The notes under the pieces are model-generated. The model saw nothing but the letters and a program-made list of their open reading frames with translations. It was not told where the DNA came from and did not search any database. Of a stretch of 20,000 nt of DNA, positions 1-10,139 are shown piece by piece. Both the position numbers and the translations under genes were made by a program. Within the stretch, counting starts at the first letter, position 1. Each line of letters opens with the position of its first letter. The DNA comes from Spizellomyces punctatus DAOM BR117 (taxonomy: Eukaryota). The stretch lies in NCBI GenBank assembly GCA_000182565.2, contig KQ257476.1; one strand, given 5' to 3'.

Positions 1-552
1 ACAACTATATCCGAACGCGGGAACTTCGGAGGATGTCCCAGCTCCTCCCCTACCGTCAAGGGGTTAGGTGAAAGGCACATGCCAATTCGATGGCTGACGC
101 ATGTGGTATTCTGTATTTGGTTATCACCGTGTATATGTGTTTCATAAATGTAGTGTAAATTGTCACCTGCAATAACAACCGCGTTGGCAAGACGCTATTA
201 TTCTTCCTCAATGAAGAGCCCCGTATCAATTTATCTACTTAGAAAACGCTTTTCATTGATATCATTCTCTCATCATCTGTGAGCCAACACAACCATGGTA
301 TCCCCATCAACAAAAGAGAAGGAAGAAGCCCTCCAGTGGAGGGCACAACATGCTCTACGGCTCTGGTAAGCTGACTAAGCCTCCGGTTAAGCCACGCCCA
401 GGACCCCGCCGACTGGCCATTCATAACACGTCACCTCAGCTGGCCGCATTCGTTTATGTTCTTCTCGCCCTCCCCACCGGATATGTTCCCCCAAATGCAT
501 ACGGGGGCAAGATATCACAGGCAGCGACTAGTACGTCGGTGAAATTGTATCG

Positions 553-699
553 CACCGCACAACAAACAACCCAAACGACGGACACGCTTAGGGAATCCCC
601 ACCACTTCAAACAACGGCCCAAACAACGGATACGTGATACGTGGGAAATCCTTACCCACACCAGACAATGGCTCGAATAACCCATGGTCGCAAAACGCA
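553..699 (+). repeat. Left arm of a ~145-bp imperfect inverted repeat (partner 1373-1516), internally made of degenerate ~45-55 bp units
   Basis: caccgcacaac...tagggaatccccacc...gatacgtgatacgtgggaaatccttaccc...catggtcgc aligns to the reverse complement of 1373-1516 (about 85% by eye, one 4-nt indel). The unit acaacggcccaaacaacgga recurs three times in degenerate form. Confidence 0.9.
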
Positions 700-761
700 A
701 GTGTGAAAAGCGGCGAGACGAAAATCCACCAAGCAGAATGTTTTGTCGGGGTGATAGGAAC

Positions 762-876
762 TCCTGCAATGGGATACCTCCTATCCCAGCAGACGAAGAC
801 CGGTGCCCGTTGTGCAAGAAGACGACATATCAATGTTCGTCGCGCGACGACAAGGGTTACAAATGCCACAAGTGCC
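762..876 (+). pseudogene. Fragment paralogous to the Cys-rich (putative Zn-binding) segment of the BTB gene at 8101-8973
   Basis: 115 bp match the reverse complement of 8376-8490 with 10 mismatches by manual count. Encodes CNGIPPIPADEDRCPLCKKTTYQCSSRDDKGYKCHKC versus CNGIPPIRADEDRCPLCKKSMYQYSSRDEEGYKCHKC. Confidence 0.85.
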
Positions 877-988
877 GCCTCAATAATTCGAATTCGATTT
901 CTGATGCAGTCAGTTCTTGGTGAGTGCACGAGAAAGTCCATTGCTCATGTGGCCACACTGAACTGAATCATCTGCTCTTGACAGCACA

Positions 989-1362
989 CAACAAATAGAA
1001 CCGAGTCGCCTGAGGTCAATACATCCTGGAACCTCTCCGCAAGGCCGTAAATCGCACGCTCCAATCGAATAGGCAATGCGGCCAACCTCATCCTGCCCTC
1101 GTCATTCCTATTATCTTGGTGCACCTTCTGGGAGATCCTGTGCAGTTTGTGGGGAAAACTGCCACGACACAGACCTGCGTGAAAGTTAATTCCCGTGGCC
1201 GCCATCCGGATCTGCTGCCGAGAAAGACCACGTCATCCGATGGATCTTTGGAACTTGGATTGCCGCTGAGCATTTGCCCGATAGCGCCGTAGGGGGGGGG
1301 GGGGGGGGGGGACTTGATTATCTGAAGCTTTGGCACATATGGAAATGTGCTGTCGGGAGTAT
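989..1362 (-). pseudogene. Internally deleted, frameshifted fragment of a paralog of the SpoIIIAA/Ycf45-like ATPase
   Basis: The reverse complement matches three blocks of the ATPase in order: ~3113-3215 (FPY.P.LQIIK..QMLSG.PS), ~3349-3366 (P.DDVV) and ~3502-3739 (MAATGI.FHA.LCRGSFP..LHRISQK...ERAIYGLAERFQD.L.S.DSVLFV). It stops just before Walker A and contains a 20-G homopolymer at 1292-1311. Confidence 0.9.
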
Positions 1363-1372
1363 GGGTGCACGG

Positions 1373-1516
1373 TCGCTTTTCGCGACCATGCGTCGTTTAG
1401 GCCGTTGTCTGGTGGGGGTAAGGATTTCCCACGTATCACGTATCTGTTGTTTGGGCCGTTGTTTGAAGCGGTGGGGATTCCCTAAACGTGCCCGTCGTTT
1501 GGGCTGTTGTGCGGTG
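1373..1516 (-). repeat. Right arm of the inverted repeat (partner 553-699)
   Basis: Reverse complement reads caccgcacaacagcccaaacgacgggcacgtttagggaatccccaccgcttcaaacaacggcccaaacaacagatacgtgatacgtgggaaatcc... Confidence 0.9.
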
Positions 1517-1520
1517 TGGT

Positions 1521-1553
1521 AAGGAGAAAGAGGGAGCCGCTTTGTGAAGACCA
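1521..1553 (+). pseudogene. Short sense-strand remnant of the 3' part of the ATPase paralog
   Basis: aaggagaaagagggagccgctttgtgaagacca versus aaggcgcaaaaggggggccgctttgtgaagacca at 4141-4174; 18-nt exact core. Confidence 0.7.
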
Positions 1554-2010
1554 GACCAATCTGTTCAGTGCATGCAAGCACGGGTTCACATTAGTTACAC
1601 ATATTTGACCAGTATGTAGTCTACCCTGAGCTACTCCATAAAATAATCAAGTACTGTTATTAGCTCGCTTATATGTTACATAAATATAGTTTAAAGCGTG
1701 ACAAGCAATAACAACAGCTTTGGCAAGAGATTTAAACCAGAAATAACAACAGCGTCATGATCCAATAAAAGAGTAGATCAGTTTGTTTATTTAAAAAACG
1801 CGTCACTAAGCCACTCTTGCCAGACAGAACGCTGCTTTCCAGACAGAGCTTATTCTCGTTGTCCAGCAGCGCTCTTTTTGATTGATTTCGATCTGAAAAC
1901 GCTCCATCATTGACACCATTTCCCCGCATCTATCCACACATACCAAACCCTACCAACAACCAACCACTTGAACCAAATCTCCCGGCCTTTTGAAATCTCA
2001 ACCCCAAAGC

Positions 2011-4387
2011 ATGCGGACCCCTGCGCAACAAGAGGAAGACGAAGCCTTAGCTTGGGTTCATACGAGAGTACGAACTATGTGCGCGAGAAACCAGGAATGG
2101 AATATCAGCGATCTGGTCAACGTGTTGAGAAGGGAAAACGACGCATTGACAGCCGCCTTCAGCAGAATAGGGAAGAACTGGAGTACCATTCTGGATAGGC
2201 ACTTTCCGAATGAGTTTGACTTCAGAACCGCGGAAGGAAGAACCTACCTGCGGCTCCGACCCGGCGGCGGCGGAACCCCGTCTGACGACGGCGGCTCTGC
2301 TGCCGTCGGGAAGGAAGTGGCTACTGACGTTGGGAAGGAGGTCGCTATTAACGTTGCGAGATTGGCTTTAGTGAGCCCAATGAGTAACCGAGCCAACGTC
2401 ACGAAAATAAACAGCAAGCAACTGTATGATGAGATGAGAGCGATCACAGAAGAGGCCCCGTACGTAGTCGTCCATGATTGGGGTTCTGCTTTTCTCGTTG
2501 GTGTTCCTGGGGGACGCACCTTTGTTGCTGTCCCATCCCTTCATGCCAGCAATATGAAAGAAATTCGAGATCATCAACGCAACTTGTTTGACAAAGGGAA
2601 GATGGTCATCAGTTGGCATTCCTCTGCTAGCCCTCCCGGTACTGAAGAGTGCACCGTTTGGAATTTCTACAGGGGTTTGGTACAACTGCAAAAGCCGTTG
2701 AAGAATAAGCTACTAATACCCATCAACGAAAGCTCGTACGAAGAATTTCGAGATGTTTTCGCCGCAACCTTCTCCATCCCAAACGTCTCCGTTCCTGAAC
2801 TTGGAGCGAACACCGAGCAATGGCTTACGTCGGCCGGCAATGAAGCGATGGCGTTGATTGATAGCTGCATTCTACTCGGCCAATTAAAAATAATGATCGA
2901 GCTGCGCTTATCAGAGGGCAAAGAGACAGTTGGCAAGGTTCCTAAGCTGCCGATTGTCGCCGCCTACGACGAAGACGCCTACGATATCGACTTATTAACA
3001 TCTTTTGACAAGGCGTGGAAGGCAATCCACCGTTTTCAGAACCCGACTGCAAAATTAGTCCCCGTGCCCCCATTCCCCGGTGGTGATATCCTTCAAGCCC
3101 GCAGGCAATGTCTTACTCCAGACGGCAGATTTCCATATGCGCCAGAGCTGCAGATCATCAAGCCTCCCCTACGGCGCATATTGCAAATGCTTAGCGGTGA
3201 TCCAAGTACCAAGGAGAACTACCTCGACCCATGGTACGACGAAGAAGATCGCGTCTATACTGTACACGAAGGCAGCCCCAGCGGCGTCGCCGGCTCCTTC
3301 CGGACGGCTGGTGATGCCGCCGGGGCCGCCACCGACAGTGAGCAAGGTCCATTGGATGACGTGGTCGACCTGCGACAAGGGCTCCTGGATGCTTTCAAAC
3401 CCACTGAGCTCGAAAACCTCAGTGAAATCTATCTGGATGTGGGAGACGCAGCGTCCGCTATCACGTTCAAGGGAGAATACCGGGAGTTCTCTGTGAAGCC
3501 TCTTTCTCGGGCGCAGATCCAGATGGCGGCGACGGGAATTCCCTTTCATGCCGATCTGTGTCGTGGCAGTTTTCCGAACGAACTGCACAGGATCTCGCAA
3601 AAGTTGCAGCGAGATGTGCTCGATGACGAGGGCAAGATGGGTTTAGCTGGATTGACCATTCGAGTGGAGCGGGCGATTTACGGGCTTGCAGAGAGGTTTC
3701 AAGATATACTGAATTCAGATGACTCTGTTTTATTTGTTGGCCTGCCGGGTGCTGGGAAAACCGCCGTGTTACGGGATGTGTGTGCATACATAGCAGAGGG
3801 AATCCATCCAAGAAAACTTGCATTAGTAGATTCATCGCAAGAACTTGGCGGTGCAGACTTCGTGCGGCACAAATGTCTTGGCCGTACAAGGTGGTTTGGC
3901 GGTTTGGGCTGGGAGGGCGATCTTGCGGAACTAATGTCGCTGATCATGCGCAACCACACTCCACTTGTGATGGCCACCGACGAGATCACGGCTCGATCGG
4001 AAATCGACGCCGCCCGCAGCATCAAAGAAAGTGGTCTTCGTATGCTTGCCACCTGCCATGGGTCATTCCAGGATTTGATCAAGCACCCTGACAAGAATAC
4101 TCTGCTCGGTGGTATTGCATCTGTGACAGTCACGGATGAGAAGGCGCAAAAGGGGGGCCGCTTTGTGAAGACCATGCAGTCGCGAGCAAAGAGTCCGATA
4201 TTCGATGTGATAATCGAAATCCACTCGAAGACACAGTATGTCGTCCTATCGAAACATCGGCGAGGCGGTAGATCGTGCCATTGACTTCCAACCTGTTGTT
4301 GCGGAGCATCGCTGGCTCGATGAAAGAGGAGTCCTGATGTCCCGCTTCTCGCCGACATTTATCTTTGAGATTGCTCCGACGTTGTGA
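2011..4387 (+). CDS. SpoIIIAA/Ycf45-family AAA+ P-loop ATPase with a long N-terminal extension. The uninterrupted ORF ends at 4284; a probable 1-nt frameshift at ~4246 extends it to 4387.
   Basis: First ATG at 2011. Family-type motifs: LHRIS, GLTIRVERAIYG, Walker A GLPGAGKT (3739-3762), VDSSQELGG, NHTP + Walker B VMATDEI, ATCHG, LLGGIASVTVTDE, PIFDVIIEI. No introns seen. Confidence 0.88.
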
Positions 4388-5425
4388 CGGTCGGCGAACC
4401 TCCAGGGGCTCCGGCGGCGTCGGTCAGCTCGATCGATGCTGCTGGAGCTCCCGGGCTCTGGCGCAATTATTGGTGATGGACACAAATGAGTGCGTGACAG
4501 ATGCGTAACGGTCATCATCCTGCTGCTGTCTTGGAATAACTTGTAAATTTGTGTATATCTGATCTGTGTTGCTTGCTGATGTGAAGATTTCTCGCTTCTG
4601 TATCATTTGCAATATAAAATATCTGAAACCATGACAGTTTGGTGACTTTCAAGTTCAGTCTGAATCGATTCATCACTTACTACAGTGTAGCGCCATTCAA
4701 TTGACATGGCCGACTGCTTTGACCCATTTTTCTCTTGAACTAGAACAGCAAATGGTGCTGGGTTTGTTACAGAGTACTTATAGAGAAAACATTCTCCGAT
4801 GCTAGGAAATACCCAGCCTCTTTTATTGCAGTTGAAAGCGTGACAAACTTGTGAACTAGTCTGTAATAGGTGGAAAACGGCCAGTCGATCATAGTTTGAA
4901 ATGTCGCGCTTGATCACGCTACTAAGTTCTCTAGGGAGTACCCAATATTGATAATGAATAAATCCTATGGAGGTTTCAATAACGACAGAGTTCAAAGTCC
5001 ACCCAACCAACTGTTTCATAGTATGCTACTATTATCGGTGCCTCACCAATGAGATTGCAAACTTGAGGAGTATACAATGTTGTGGTGTCATCGGTGAATT
5101 TCGACTTTGCAGGCCGGCGCTCTGTTATCATCCCCCTGAACGTAACAAAAACCCGAAATGATATCCTAGAGGTACAATTGTAGAGGTACAATTGTTGATG
5201 CCTTGCAAGAATGCATTTTGGCGCTTCTGGCTCGCGCACCGACTAGGCGGCTTCTAGCGCTATCACCAAAGGAACTGGCGCTAAGACGCGCATATCGTAA
5301 TTAAGAGACCCGCCGCGATTCCAGACATGCCTGAGTTCACAAGTCTGGAACAGAATGGCGGCATATTAAGTGGAAATGGCTTCTGATTCGTGACGGACAA
5401 TACTTCTTATGCTAATGATGTGCAG

Positions 5426-5468
5426 GAAAAAATACCTACGGAACCAAGAAAAAATAACTACGGAACCA
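5426..5468 (-). terminator. Duplicated Pol III terminator (two 22-bp units, each with T6 on the minus strand) downstream of tRNA-Asn
   Basis: gaaaaaatacctacggaacca (5426-5446) and gaaaaaataactacggaacca (5448-5468); the first T-run begins about 22 nt 3' of the tRNA. Confidence 0.7.
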
Positions 5469-5476
5469 CCTACGGA

Positions 5477-5562
5477 CGCTCCCGGCCAGGGTCGAACTGG
5501 CAACCTCTCGGTAGCTATTCTGGATAACAGCCGAACGCGCTAACCAATTGCGCCACGGAAGC
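5477..5562 (-). tRNA. tRNA-Asn(GTT) with a 12-nt intron (5513-5524)
   Basis: Minus strand GCTTCCG-TGGCGCAATTGGTTAGCGCG-TTCGG CT GTT A [TCCAGAATAGCT] A CCGAG-AGGTT-GCCAG TTCGACC CTGGC-CGGGAGC-G. Acceptor, D, anticodon and T arms all pair; the intron is at the canonical 37/38 position. Confidence 0.97.
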
Positions 5563-6437
5563 CTTAATTTTTCAGTGCTTGGGTGTAAATATGTGTATAA
5601 ATAAATATGGCACACGTAGCGCAAACTATTGCGATTGATTTATTTGGGATTTCCAATGAGCGATTTCCAATGCGCTCATTGCACCAAAACTGTGCCCAGT
5701 GGCACCCGTACACACCTTCTCAGGTGCCCAGTCAAATGAACACATGCAACCCGACGCAAAGACGGCTAAAAAAGGCTTTAGTTCCGTTGGTGCGTAGGCG
5801 TGTCGTCACAAAAAAAAATAGGTATGAAAAAAATAAACAGTTGGTGCTGCAAAGGGCTTTTGCTGAGTGGCGGAGAGGGTAAGCGTCCGAATCGCTGAGC
5901 CCCCCGCCGTTTTTCTTAAAGTTTCAGAGCCCAAAAAGCTTAGTAAGAAACTCTTAGTGTGTGTACGTGTGTGTAATTTGAATGGCTGACAGTTCCCCCC
6001 CAAATTTCAATTTGTCTGATGAAGGGATACATTCCGCAAGTCGCGCACTCACTACGAATTGTATCCTCTCCTTTTCTTTTTTTTCTTCTTCTTCTTTTTC
6101 TGTTTAGAACCCATGTCATTTAAAAACAAGGGAACGTCCTTTTGTCTTTTGTATCTTGTTCATTGGGACAGCTGTTTTGTTTCATAGGATATAAACTGAC
6201 CCATCACGCGGGTCACAAGGGAAACACCCCATAATAAAAGCCATAGTGTGCTCACTCGCAACACGGATCGGGACGCGGGATTGCGCAAGAAGGGAAAATC
6301 CAAAAGTATGTGTGTTGGGTGAATTGTCGTCATTTAATATACTGCCCGATGGGCTTTCTGTTTACTCACATTTTTGCTTTAAAAGCAAGAACACATTCCC
6401 GTATTTCCTTCGTTATTTCAACAATATACAAAAAGAC

Positions 6438-7187
6438 ATGCAGTTTCTCCCGTCTCCCTCTACACACGCTTTTTCGACTTCATCCACCAAATTGCCAAAA
6501 ACGCAAGCAACAACACATACAGCAGACGCCGCCCTAACGCGCGCGGCGGCCTCGTTGCTCTTTAGATTTCCTTCCGCTCAACCACAGTCATCACCCTCCA
6601 AGTCATTCGATACCTCATGCTCTCCATATAGATCTACTCTCACAACTCCAAGACTCAAGCTCGTGCCTGTCGCAGATATACCCAAGAGATTTTTGGATCA
6701 TGTAGCGGATTTACTAGATAGATTTGGGTTCAAGTCGATAGACGAGATGGACAAGCAACTTACGGGGCACCACGAAATGTGGATTATCGAATTACAAGAA
6801 GGGTCATCAAGTGTATCATCATCAACATTCTCATCATCATCTTCCCTGGCACCTCGTTATGTTGGCATAGTTGATTTACGTGTCCATTCCCTTCCTTACA
6901 CATCCTCGCCCGAGGCATCGCTCGAGCTATTGATCGCACCATTGTACCGAGGTCAAGGATATGCCACTGAAGCCGCCAAACACGTCCTAAAGCATGTTCT
7001 TCATCCATCGCAAGGACGCCCTCTGCACCGCGTCTCGGCAGCCACATCACCAGCATACCCGGCAATGGAGCGCGTTGTAGAAAAATTGGGAATGCAGCCA
7101 GCTGATAACCTCGGCTACTGTACATTAGATGATGCTAGGTACTGGGAGATTACCGAAGAGGGCTTTGCAGACTTGTGGTTGGAGTAA
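6438..7187 (+). CDS. GNAT family N-acetyltransferase, RimJ/RimL-like (Acetyltransf_3 type)
   Basis: First ATG at 6438. Motifs LTTPRLKLVP, YVGIVDL, acetyl-CoA motif A IAPLYRGQGYATEAAK, and MERVVEKLGM. Confidence 0.9.
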   Translation: MQFLPSPSTHAFSTSSTKLPKTQATTHTADAALTRAAASLLFRFPSAQPQSSPSKSFDTSCSPYRSTLTTPRLKLVPVADIPKRFLDHVADLLDRFGFKSIDEMDKQLTGHHEMWIIELQEGSSSVSSSTFSSSSSLAPRYVGIVDLRVHSLPYTSSPEASLELLIAPLYRGQGYATEAAKHVLKHVLHPSQGRPLHRVSAATSPAYPAMERVVEKLGMQPADNLGYCTLDDARYWEITEEGFADLWLE

Positions 7188-8100
7188 TTGTTATTGATTC
7201 AGAGCCTCTTTCTTTGTGCATGATTCTGTGCATTTTGCTTTAGACATACGTATACATTGATTTGCTATGTAAATATATTTTGTCCGTAAATATACTTTTG
7301 AGCACCATGTGTAATGTCCGTAGCACGCCCATAACATTCTCACTAACAGGGACATTGCAATCCAGGCCGACCTGGTGACTGCCGCATCACCAGACCAGCG
7401 AGCACAGTATTCCCAACGAAACCAGTTTTGCAATCGTGACGGTGTCCGCCGCCAATCCCCGCCACCAACCGCTGTCCAATACCCCCGGACACGAAATATT
7501 GGATGAGAAACCACAAGTGTAAGGAAGATGAAGGAAGATGAGCACAAAGAGGGGCCCCTGCACAGGTGGGACACACGTGAGCCTGTGTGGCTGAAGCGGC
7601 GAAGGAACTGGTTTCATACAACTCTCAGCTAATCCATTTTGTTGTCCCGAAATCGGCGACGATGCTGGGCTTGGCTCTTTGATTTGCCTGCGATCCAGAT
7701 GGTTTGCCCGAGGACACATTGTATGCAGTATTCAGCCAAGATGACACTTGCGCCCTCCATTTCTCCCAAACTTTGATCGGTATGTCGTTCTTTGACCACA
7801 TACGAACATGATCGTGCTCAAGCATGTATAGATTACTGCTATGATAATGCTAGTCTTATTGCCATATTGAAGAATACGTACACTATACTGCTAATTACAC
7901 CGCTTTGGTTGATAGTTTCAATATAAGTGGGAACATATACACTACACATTCGCCTCCCGATTTGTTGTGCGCAATATGTGGCGAGTCGATTCTACAAGCA
8001 GACGCACGTCAGAGCGGTTATTTCGTATCGTTAACGTATTTGAACAATCTGCAGGACGTGAAACACTTACCGAAAAGGATCCAGCTATGGTGCATGACGG

Positions 8101-8973
8101 CTAACCAAAGAGAACATGAAATGCTTCGTTGAAAGTTTCCAGTAACACAGGTGAAATCTGTAGGTGTCCAGAATTGATTTTTTTCTTGAAATGCTGAAGC
8201 CGCTTGGTCCATTTGTCCACTTTTGACTCCACTGTTGACGCCATCTTTTTGAGTTGCGTCCAAAGATTCAGTATGTTATAGCTGTGGGAATGTTGGCCCG
8301 CCGTTATCAACCAGATGATTGGAAGACATAGGGATACAAAAAGCTTGTTCATATCACAGCACTTCTTGCAGTGAAGGCACTTGTGGCATTTGTAACCCTC
8401 CTCGTCACGCGACGAGTATTGATACATCGATTTCTTGCACAACGGGCACCGGTCTTCGTCTGCTCGGATAGGAGGTATCCCATTGCAGGATTTGCTACAG
8501 CGTAAAGCAGCTTGAAAAATCGACAGCATCTGGTGGTCATCGAAAGACACGGTCTCCATAGCCACCCAAAGGTCCTGAACCATTTCTTTCGACCGGGCTA
8601 TCTTTCTCACTGCGGCACCTACGAGATCCAGACCCGAGAATTGCAACATGAACGCCATCTCCAAGTACTGCATGGCGCTCATATTGGTAATCGCAAGATC
8701 GTCCTCACGGTGGGTATACATGCACATGATTATCCGAGTAAAGGTCTCGTCATCGGAAGTGAATGCCTTAGCATGAACCTCGTAGAGTATCTCGCCAGAT
8801 TGCTCGTCGTTCCGCTTCTCTTCAAAGGACTTGTAGTGCTCGAAAAAGGCTGCCAATTGAAGGACCTCCATCTTGGCATAGAGAATATTGCCGTTGTTGA
8901 GCACAATCCTGGTGTCGGCATCGTTCTGGTTATTAAATGCAGGAAGACCAGCAGGCTTGATCGGTTTTGTCAT
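8101..8973 (-). CDS. BTB/POZ-domain protein with a Cys-rich putative Zn-binding segment
   Basis: ADTRIVLNNGNILYAKMEVLQLAAFF...DDETFTRIIMCMYT...LAITNMSAMQYLEMAFMLQFSGL follows the BTB pattern (D-V-L...AH-VL...F; F-LL-Y-YT; IT-N-LL-A-LQ-L). Followed by CxxxC, CPLC, CHKC, CKKCC. Confidence 0.75.
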   Translation of the reverse strand: MTKPIKPAGLPAFNNQNDADTRIVLNNGNILYAKMEVLQLAAFFEHYKSFEEKRNDEQSGEILYEVHAKAFTSDDETFTRIIMCMYTHREDDLAITNMSAMQYLEMAFMLQFSGLDLVGAAVRKIARSKEMVQDLWVAMETVSFDDHQMLSIFQAALRCSKSCNGIPPIRADEDRCPLCKKSMYQYSSRDEEGYKCHKCLHCKKCCDMNKLFVSLCLPIIWLITAGQHSHSYNILNLWTQLKKMASTVESKVDKWTKRLQHFKKKINSGHLQISPVLLETFNEAFHVLFG

Positions 8974-10139
8974 CGTCGTAGTGCTGGAGTGTAAGTCGCG
9001 ATAGAGCTTTCCAAGGAGAGCTTTGATTATTGGAAACCAATGGATTGAGCATCCATGGGAAACATCATATTACATCAATTCAACACACGGGTGACAGATG
9101 CTGGGCTTGTGAAGCAGAACGTGTATAGCAGGGATTTCATCACTTCTCCGTCCAACCCCGTGTGAACGTCAGTGATGGCTGGCATTTATCTCGATCGAAT
9201 CCGGCTTGAAAAACGTCGAGAACGTAAATGCTCATTTGCTCTCGTCAATTTTCTTGATTTTTGAGCTTTTACGGGCATGGTCTTTAAAGTGTTTTCCTGT
9301 TCACTATCCTCATCATATATAAGTTTCGCTTGTTAGCTTGGGATAGAGCACGCCAATTGCCTGCACTCTATGGTTTAATTCCTTTTGTGGATTGACTAAT
9401 ATCTGATGAGAAACATTCAGCGGTTGCATACGTTAGCGCTGCTAAAAGAAATAGAATACTTGAGCAATATACATCCCTTTTCCATAGATCTGACACATGA
9501 ATTGCTCAGAGCACTGTCAATTAGATTTTTCGACCATTGCTGCTTATGTAATGCCATGATCTTTTAGTGTTGCTGACATAAAGACGACTTCCATACTTCT
9601 ACAAAGTCGATATAATACAGAAGAACGGATCGGAATTTCTTCTTTTCTTTCTTAGACGGTAGATGCCGGAAGAGCTTCATTGCTCCATGCGCAGATGCAT
9701 GTGAGAGGCAGCTAGAATGGCGCAGGGTTCAGCCAAAGAGACCTACTTGGAGCGGCAGAGAGCTAGAACGACAAAGGAGGGGTGAACTAGCCTTTGATCC
9801 CATCCAGTGATAGCCACCTCTTTATCGTTTAACCTGGAAATAGAGCACGCCGATGTCCTGGGGAAAAACGCGCTTTCCTCAAAGGGAGCAGTCGTTAACT
9901 AGGAAGTGTGATGTGCCTGTTCAGATTGTGCTAATCACTAGGTACTTCAAGAATCAGTGACGGACATCATGATATAGCTGTTCAGCATCACCGCCAGTTT
10001 TCACTCCGTAAATTGTTATCAACTTATTATCAAACTGTCACCCATAGTCACATTATCCATTTACATTTTGAGGCCCATGTGTTCTAAAAATCTCATAGAT
10101 AGATCGCTGCTACCTAACGCTTCTCCGTGCCTAGATGCA

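Noticed and set aside
560-690. CRISPR-like array
   Set aside because: Only about three degenerate units whose spacers are mutually similar; eukaryotic context and no cas genes.
553-1516. Canonical TIR transposon (MULE/MITE) defined by the inverted repeats
   Set aside because: No target-site duplication in the flanks (gaaattgtatcg versus tggtaaggag), no transposase, and an ATPase remnant lies outside the right arm.
3699-4358. 219-aa minus-strand ORF and other ORFs overlapping the ATPase
   Set aside because: Antisense or alternate-frame shadows of a GC-rich coding region.
4603-5019. 138-aa minus-strand ORF
   Set aside because: No recognisable motif or gene structure; may be a chance ORF.
5167-5195. 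14-bp tandem duplication tagaggtacaattg x2; similarly gaccaggaaagc x2 at ~19478-19504 and atagagcacgcc at ~9343 and ~9840
   Set aside because: Short isolated duplications consistent with slippage or chance; no associated element.
7343-7825. Two same-frame minus-strand ORFs separated by one TGA (possible pseudogene or readthrough), containing VSGGIG...GIGGG
   Set aside because: No recognisable domain and no consistent splice model; insufficient support.
8512-8994. 160-aa plus-strand ORF
   Set aside because: Antisense shadow of the BTB gene; no motif.
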